Shown here: positions 5,624 to 8,602 of the stretch, piece after piece
Numbering within the stretch: the first letter of the stretch is position 1
Layout: the number at the start of each line of letters is the position of its first letter
Source of the DNA: an archaeon
GTDB taxonomy: Archaea; Iainarchaeota; Iainarchaeia; Iainarchaeales; CSSED10-239
Assembly (NCBI GenBank): GCA_035390665.1
Contig: DAOOUC010000019.1
Span: 1 to 8,602 of the forward strand
Length of the DNA stretch: 8,602 nt
Reading direction: 5' to 3'
The notes under the pieces: model-generated
Databases searched by the model: none
Seen by the model: only the letters and a program-made list of their open reading frames with translations
What the model was told of the DNA's origin: nothing
Position numbers and translations under genes: made by a program

Positions 5624-6960
5624 AAACAAGATTTTATGAAAATGTAGGACTTTGTAGTCCAAAAGTATTATTACCAAAAAAAGAAATTGATTATTCCAAG
5701 TGGTCAGTTGTTGCTTGTGATCAATACACCTCTGAACCAGAATATTGGAATTCTGTTAAAGAAATAGTAGGAAATAATCCATCAACCTTAAAAATTACAT
5801 TTCCTGAAATTTATTTGGAAGATTCAGATAAACATGAAAGAATTGCAAGCATTGTTGGAACAATGAAAGAATATATTTCAAAAAAGATATTTGATGAAAA
5901 TATGGGTTTTATTTATGTTGAAAGACAAATAAAGAACAAAATTAGAAAAGGATTAGTTGTTGCTTTAGATTTAGAAAAATATAATTACAATAAAGGTTCA
6001 ACAACACTTGTTAGAGCAACAGAAGGAACAATTTTAGAAAGACTTCCACCAAGAATCGAGATTAGAAAGGATGCGCCTTTGGAGTTACCGCACATAATGG
6101 TATTAATTGACGACCCTAAAGGAAAAGTTATTGAAAAGATTAGTGAGAATAAAAAAGACTTTGAAAAGCTTTATTCTTTTGATCTTATGAAAAACGGCGG
6201 TCACATTGAAGGATATCTTGTAAATAAAAGATTTGAAAAAAAAGCAGCAAAGGAACTAGAAAGATTGGCTAGTCCTGAAAAATTCAAAAAAAAATATAAA
6301 TTAGATAAAGACTATTCTGTTCTTCTTTATGCTGTTGGCGACGGAAATCATTCTTTAGCAACAGCTAAAGCAGTTTGGGAGAATTTAAAAAAAGAAGCAG
6401 ACAATAAAGAAGAAATTATGAATCACCCAGCACGATATGCTTTAATTGAACTTGTTAATCTTCATGATGAGTCTTTGGAGTTTGAAGCAATCCACAGAGT
6501 TTTGTTTAATCTTAAAAAAGATATTGTTAAAGAAATGAAAAACCATTTTGGGGGATCTTTCAAGTTTTCAAAAGCAACTAAAGAAGAAGTAATTGAAATT
6601 ATAAAAACAAAGAAAAGTAAAGACAAACACTTTATTGGTTTAATTACAGAAAATCCAAAAGCAACAGGAATAATAAAAATAACAAATCCAAAAACAAATC
6701 TTCCTGTTGGAACAATACAGGATTTCTTGGACACTTTTGGAAAAGCCGGCGGCTTTGAAAAAATAGATTATGTCCACGGCGACGATGTTGTTACAACATT
6801 AGGCCAAAAACCAAACAACGCAGGAATATATCTTCCAACAATTCAAAAGAAGCAATTTTATAAAACTGTTATTGTCGATGGAGCATTACCAAGAAAAACC
6901 TTTTCAATGGGAGAAGCACACGAAAAAAGATATTATTTAGAGACTAGAAAGATTAGGTAA
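5620..6960 (+). CDS. DUF1015-like (COG4198-type) uncharacterised protein with a ParB/Srx-like DGxH motif
   Basis: 446 aa. The overall layout matches my recollection of DUF1015. An N-terminal VVACDQYTSEPEYW...NPSTLKITFPEIYL corresponds to vaPPYDVisxEE...NPySFlhixxPE. A mid-region RKGLVVALDLEKYNY...LVRATEGTILERLPPRIEIRK corresponds to RxGfiaxvxLEdY...HErTxxxxxxdRlxLlra. AVGDGNHSLATAKAVW corresponds to iADGHHRyeTAl. Confidence 0.65.
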   Translation: MKTRFYENVGLCSPKVLLPKKEIDYSKWSVVACDQYTSEPEYWNSVKEIVGNNPSTLKITFPEIYLEDSDKHERIASIVGTMKEYISKKIFDENMGFIYVERQIKNKIRKGLVVALDLEKYNYNKGSTTLVRATEGTILERLPPRIEIRKDAPLELPHIMVLIDDPKGKVIEKISENKKDFEKLYSFDLMKNGGHIEGYLVNKRFEKKAAKELERLASPEKFKKKYKLDKDYSVLLYAVGDGNHSLATAKAVWENLKKEADNKEEIMNHPARYALIELVNLHDESLEFEAIHRVLFNLKKDIVKEMKNHFGGSFKFSKATKEEVIEIIKTKKSKDKHFIGLITENPKATGIIKITNPKTNLPVGTIQDFLDTFGKAGGFEKIDYVHGDDVVTTLGQKPNNAGIYLPTIQKKQFYKTVIVDGALPRKTFSMGEAHEKRYYLETRKIR

Positions 6961-7025
6961 TTTCCTAATCAAAAAATAGTGTTTAAAAAATATTTAAAAA
7001 TAAATATTATTTGGAGGAAAAATTT

Positions 7026-7916
7026 ATGAGTTTAAAAGAACAATTTGAAAATTTAAAAAACAATTGGCTAATTTTTGTTTTAGCTATTGTTGTTATAGGG
7101 GCAATGGTTTTGTTACCAAATATTGGTAGTGGAGTAAGCTATAAAACAAATTATGCAGCAGACAGCTATTCTTTAGGTTATGGGGCAAGTTACGAAAGCT
7201 ATTCTAAAGCACTTTACAATAATTCAACAAATTTCTCACCAGAGGTATTAAACAGAAAAATAGTAAAAACATCTAATCTTGGAATAGAAACAAAGATTGG
7301 AAAATTCAAACAAACGGATTTACAATTAAGAGATATAGTTAAAGGAACAGAGTCAATTATCTTAACAGAAAATATTTATTCTAGTAAAGTTGATTCAAAG
7401 GAAATATTTACAGGAAATTATACAATTAAAGTACATGTAGATAAATTAGATTTAGTAACCAATCAACTAAAAACTTTAGGAAAGGTAACAAATTTTAATC
7501 AAGGAGCAGATGATGTTACTGGGGAATATACAAATGTTAATATAGAGTTACAAGTTGAGAAAGAAAGACTAGAAAGATATCAAGACATGTATGCAGATGC
7601 AGAAGATATTAAAGACAAAATAGAATTAAACGACAGAATATTTAATCAAGAAAGAACAATTAAATACTTAGAAGACGCAGTTAAAGATGTTGATCAAAGA
7701 GTGGATTATTCTACAATTTATTTAACAGTTAATGAAAGATCAGATTATTTAGGTATTGCTTTTGTTAAGTTATCTGATTTATTAAGATCCTTTATGGGAA
7801 GTTTAAACTCCTTGATAAGATTAATTGTGTTAATTCTTCCTTGGGCAATAATTGCTGGATTTATCTATGCAATTGCAAGATTAACCAAAAAACCAGAAAT
7901 CAAGAAAAAAAGATAA
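7026..7916 (+). CDS. DUF4349-like membrane-anchored coiled-coil protein
   Basis: N-terminal TM helix (WLIFVLAIVVIGAMVLL). Then RKIVKTSNLGIETK...FTGNYTIKVHVDKLDLVTNQLKTLGKV...DVTGEYTNVNIELQVEKERLERYQDM...DRIFNQERTIKYLEDAVKDVDQRVDYSTIYLTVNE, then a C-terminal TM segment (LIRLIVLILPWAIIAGFIYAIA). This matches the DUF4349 pattern (RKIIxTasLxLeV...lxlrVPxxxfdxxlxxLxxlGxV...DVTeeYvDlxaRLxxLxxxexRLlxLl...vxySTIxlxl). The ATG at 7026 sits 8 nt after GGAGG (7013-7017) and is preferred over the track's TTG at 7011. Confidence 0.8.
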   Translation: MSLKEQFENLKNNWLIFVLAIVVIGAMVLLPNIGSGVSYKTNYAADSYSLGYGASYESYSKALYNNSTNFSPEVLNRKIVKTSNLGIETKIGKFKQTDLQLRDIVKGTESIILTENIYSSKVDSKEIFTGNYTIKVHVDKLDLVTNQLKTLGKVTNFNQGADDVTGEYTNVNIELQVEKERLERYQDMYADAEDIKDKIELNDRIFNQERTIKYLEDAVKDVDQRVDYSTIYLTVNERSDYLGIAFVKLSDLLRSFMGSLNSLIRLIVLILPWAIIAGFIYAIARLTKKPEIKKKR

Positions 7917-7947
7917 TTTTCTTTTTTCTTTTTCTATTTTTATTTTT
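7917..7947 (+). terminator. oligo-T tract, archaeal-type termination signal after the DUF4349-like gene
   Basis: Immediately after TAA (7914-7916) comes TTTTCTTTTTTCTTTTTCTATTTTTATTTTT, with several T4-T6 runs. Archaeal RNA polymerase terminates at such tracts (established knowledge). Confidence 0.45.
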
Positions 7948-8058
7948 AGCTAATTCGCACAAAAATATAAGCAAAAAGTCAGATAATTTGACCGCTTTTT
8001 AGTGCAAATTATCCAAATTTAACGATTTCTTTAAAAATATTTCTTAACTTAATTATAT

Positions 8059-8078
8059 TGTAAACAGATGTGTTTACA
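8059..8078. promoter_or_regulatory. perfect 8-bp inverted repeat (TGTAAACA-GATG-TGTTTACA); candidate operator of the RHH antitoxin
   Basis: TGTAAACA (8059-8066) and TGTTTACA (8071-8078) are exact reverse complements. They sit directly after a TATA-like TTAATTATATT (8049-8059) and just before the GGTGA ribosome-binding site (8084-8088) and ATG 8096. RHH antitoxins typically bind palindromes that overlap their own promoter. Confidence 0.5.
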
Positions 8079-8095
8079 GAAAAGGTGAAATAAAT

Positions 8096-8311
8096 ATGTT
8101 ATCAGTACAATTAAGAGTTCCAGAACAAATGATTGAAGCAATAGATAAAGAAATTAGTTCTGGCAAATTCAAAAGTAGAAGTGAAGCAATAAAGCTAATT
8201 ATTTATGAATATCAAGAAAAACAAAAGACAAGAGAATTCTATAGAGAATTAGATAAAAGAAGTATAGAATCAAAAAACAAATCTAATTTGATTGCTTTAA
8301 AGGACTTATAG
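8096..8311 (+). CDS. ribbon-helix-helix (CopG/RHH) antitoxin
   Basis: 71 aa. The N-terminal beta strand plus helices SVQLRVPEQMIEAIDKEISSGKFKSRSEAIKLII carries the RHH signature (...V.lp..l...id......f.SRSEaIR.ai). It lies 3 nt upstream of a RelE-family gene. Confidence 0.8.
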   Translation: MLSVQLRVPEQMIEAIDKEISSGKFKSRSEAIKLIIYEYQEKQKTREFYRELDKRSIESKNKSNLIALKDL

Positions 8312-8314
8312 ATT

Positions 8315-8584
8315 ATGGCAAAATATTCTGTTTCTATTCATAAAAAAGCAAAAGAAGAATATTATTCATTAGATAAAACCATACAGAAAAGAATAAAAGA
8401 AAAGATATCTGAATTACAAGAATTTCCAGAAAGAGGAGTTCATCTAATTCATTCTAATTTTTGGAAATTAAGGGTTGGCGATTATAGAGTTATTTATGAA
8501 ATTAATAATTCTGATAAGATAGTGGTTGTATTATACATGGGTCATAGAAGAAATGTATATGATAAATTCTCTAAAATGTTTTAG
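8315..8584 (+). CDS. relE: RelE/ParE-family type II toxin (mRNA interferase-like)
   Basis: 89 aa. FWKLRVGDYRVIYEINNSDKIVVVLYMGHRRNVY is the canonical RelE/StbE/ParE-superfamily core (lWKlRvGdYRiiYxixdxxxxixilxixHRxxvY). Its size and its position after the RHH gene fit a type II TA operon. Confidence 0.85.
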   Translation: MAKYSVSIHKKAKEEYYSLDKTIQKRIKEKISELQEFPERGVHLIHSNFWKLRVGDYRVIYEINNSDKIVVVLYMGHRRNVYDKFSKMF

Positions 8585-8595
8585 TGTGTTTATCC

Positions 8596-8602
8596 TTTTT
8601 TT
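8596..8602 (+). terminator. T7 run after the relE-like stop (truncated by the window end)
   Basis: The TAG stop at 8582-8584 is followed by TGTGTTTATCCTTTTTTT. The oligo-T is consistent with archaeal termination, but the window ends inside it. Confidence 0.3.

Noticed and set aside
6462-6734. 90-aa ORF on the - strand
   Set aside because: It is antisense inside the DUF1015-like CDS. It is a shadow ORF.
1-8602. Scan for CRISPR arrays, IS or transposase ends, integrase genes, rRNA, and a duplicated tRNA 3' segment (att site)
   Set aside because: I could find no regularly spaced direct repeats, no transposase- or integrase-like ORFs, and no second copy of the GGTTCGAATCCCGG tRNA segment by eye. 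The short A/T-rich repeats seen are what this base composition would produce by chance.

Overview
This is a very AT-rich, tightly packed archaeal chromosomal segment. The archaeal assignment rests on an HMf-type histone, a prefoldin beta subunit, an archaeal-type CMP kinase, GGAGG/GGTGA ribosome-binding sites and oligo-T tracts after genes. The compact low-GC style fits a small-genome archaeon (DPANN-like or similar), but the lineage cannot be fixed from this window. All family assignments come from motif patterns I recognise, not from a database search.

Gene order:
- prefoldin beta 3' end (+)
- small HTH protein (-)
- CPA2 cation/proton antiporter with a C-terminal RCK domain (+), tightly followed by archaeal-type cytidylate kinase (+)
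- a minus-strand histone -> PHP phosphoesterase pair
- an orphan 294-aa winged-helix protein (+)
- a GC-rich structured ~65-nt element directly abutting tRNA-Gly(CCC) (+)
- a translationally coupled DUF1653-like/DUF1015-like pair (+)
- a DUF4349-like membrane/coiled-coil protein (+)
- an RHH(CopG)-RelE/ParE type II toxin-antitoxin operon with a perfect palindromic operator candidate (+)

I see no CRISPR array, transposase, integrase or rRNA.

The items most worth a second look are:
- the unclassified structured RNA in front of the tRNA
- the DUF1653/DUF1015 pair, whose ParB/Srx-like DGxH motif carries Ser where Arg is expected
- the orphan wHTH protein

None of these amounts to a demonstrated new system on sequence alone.
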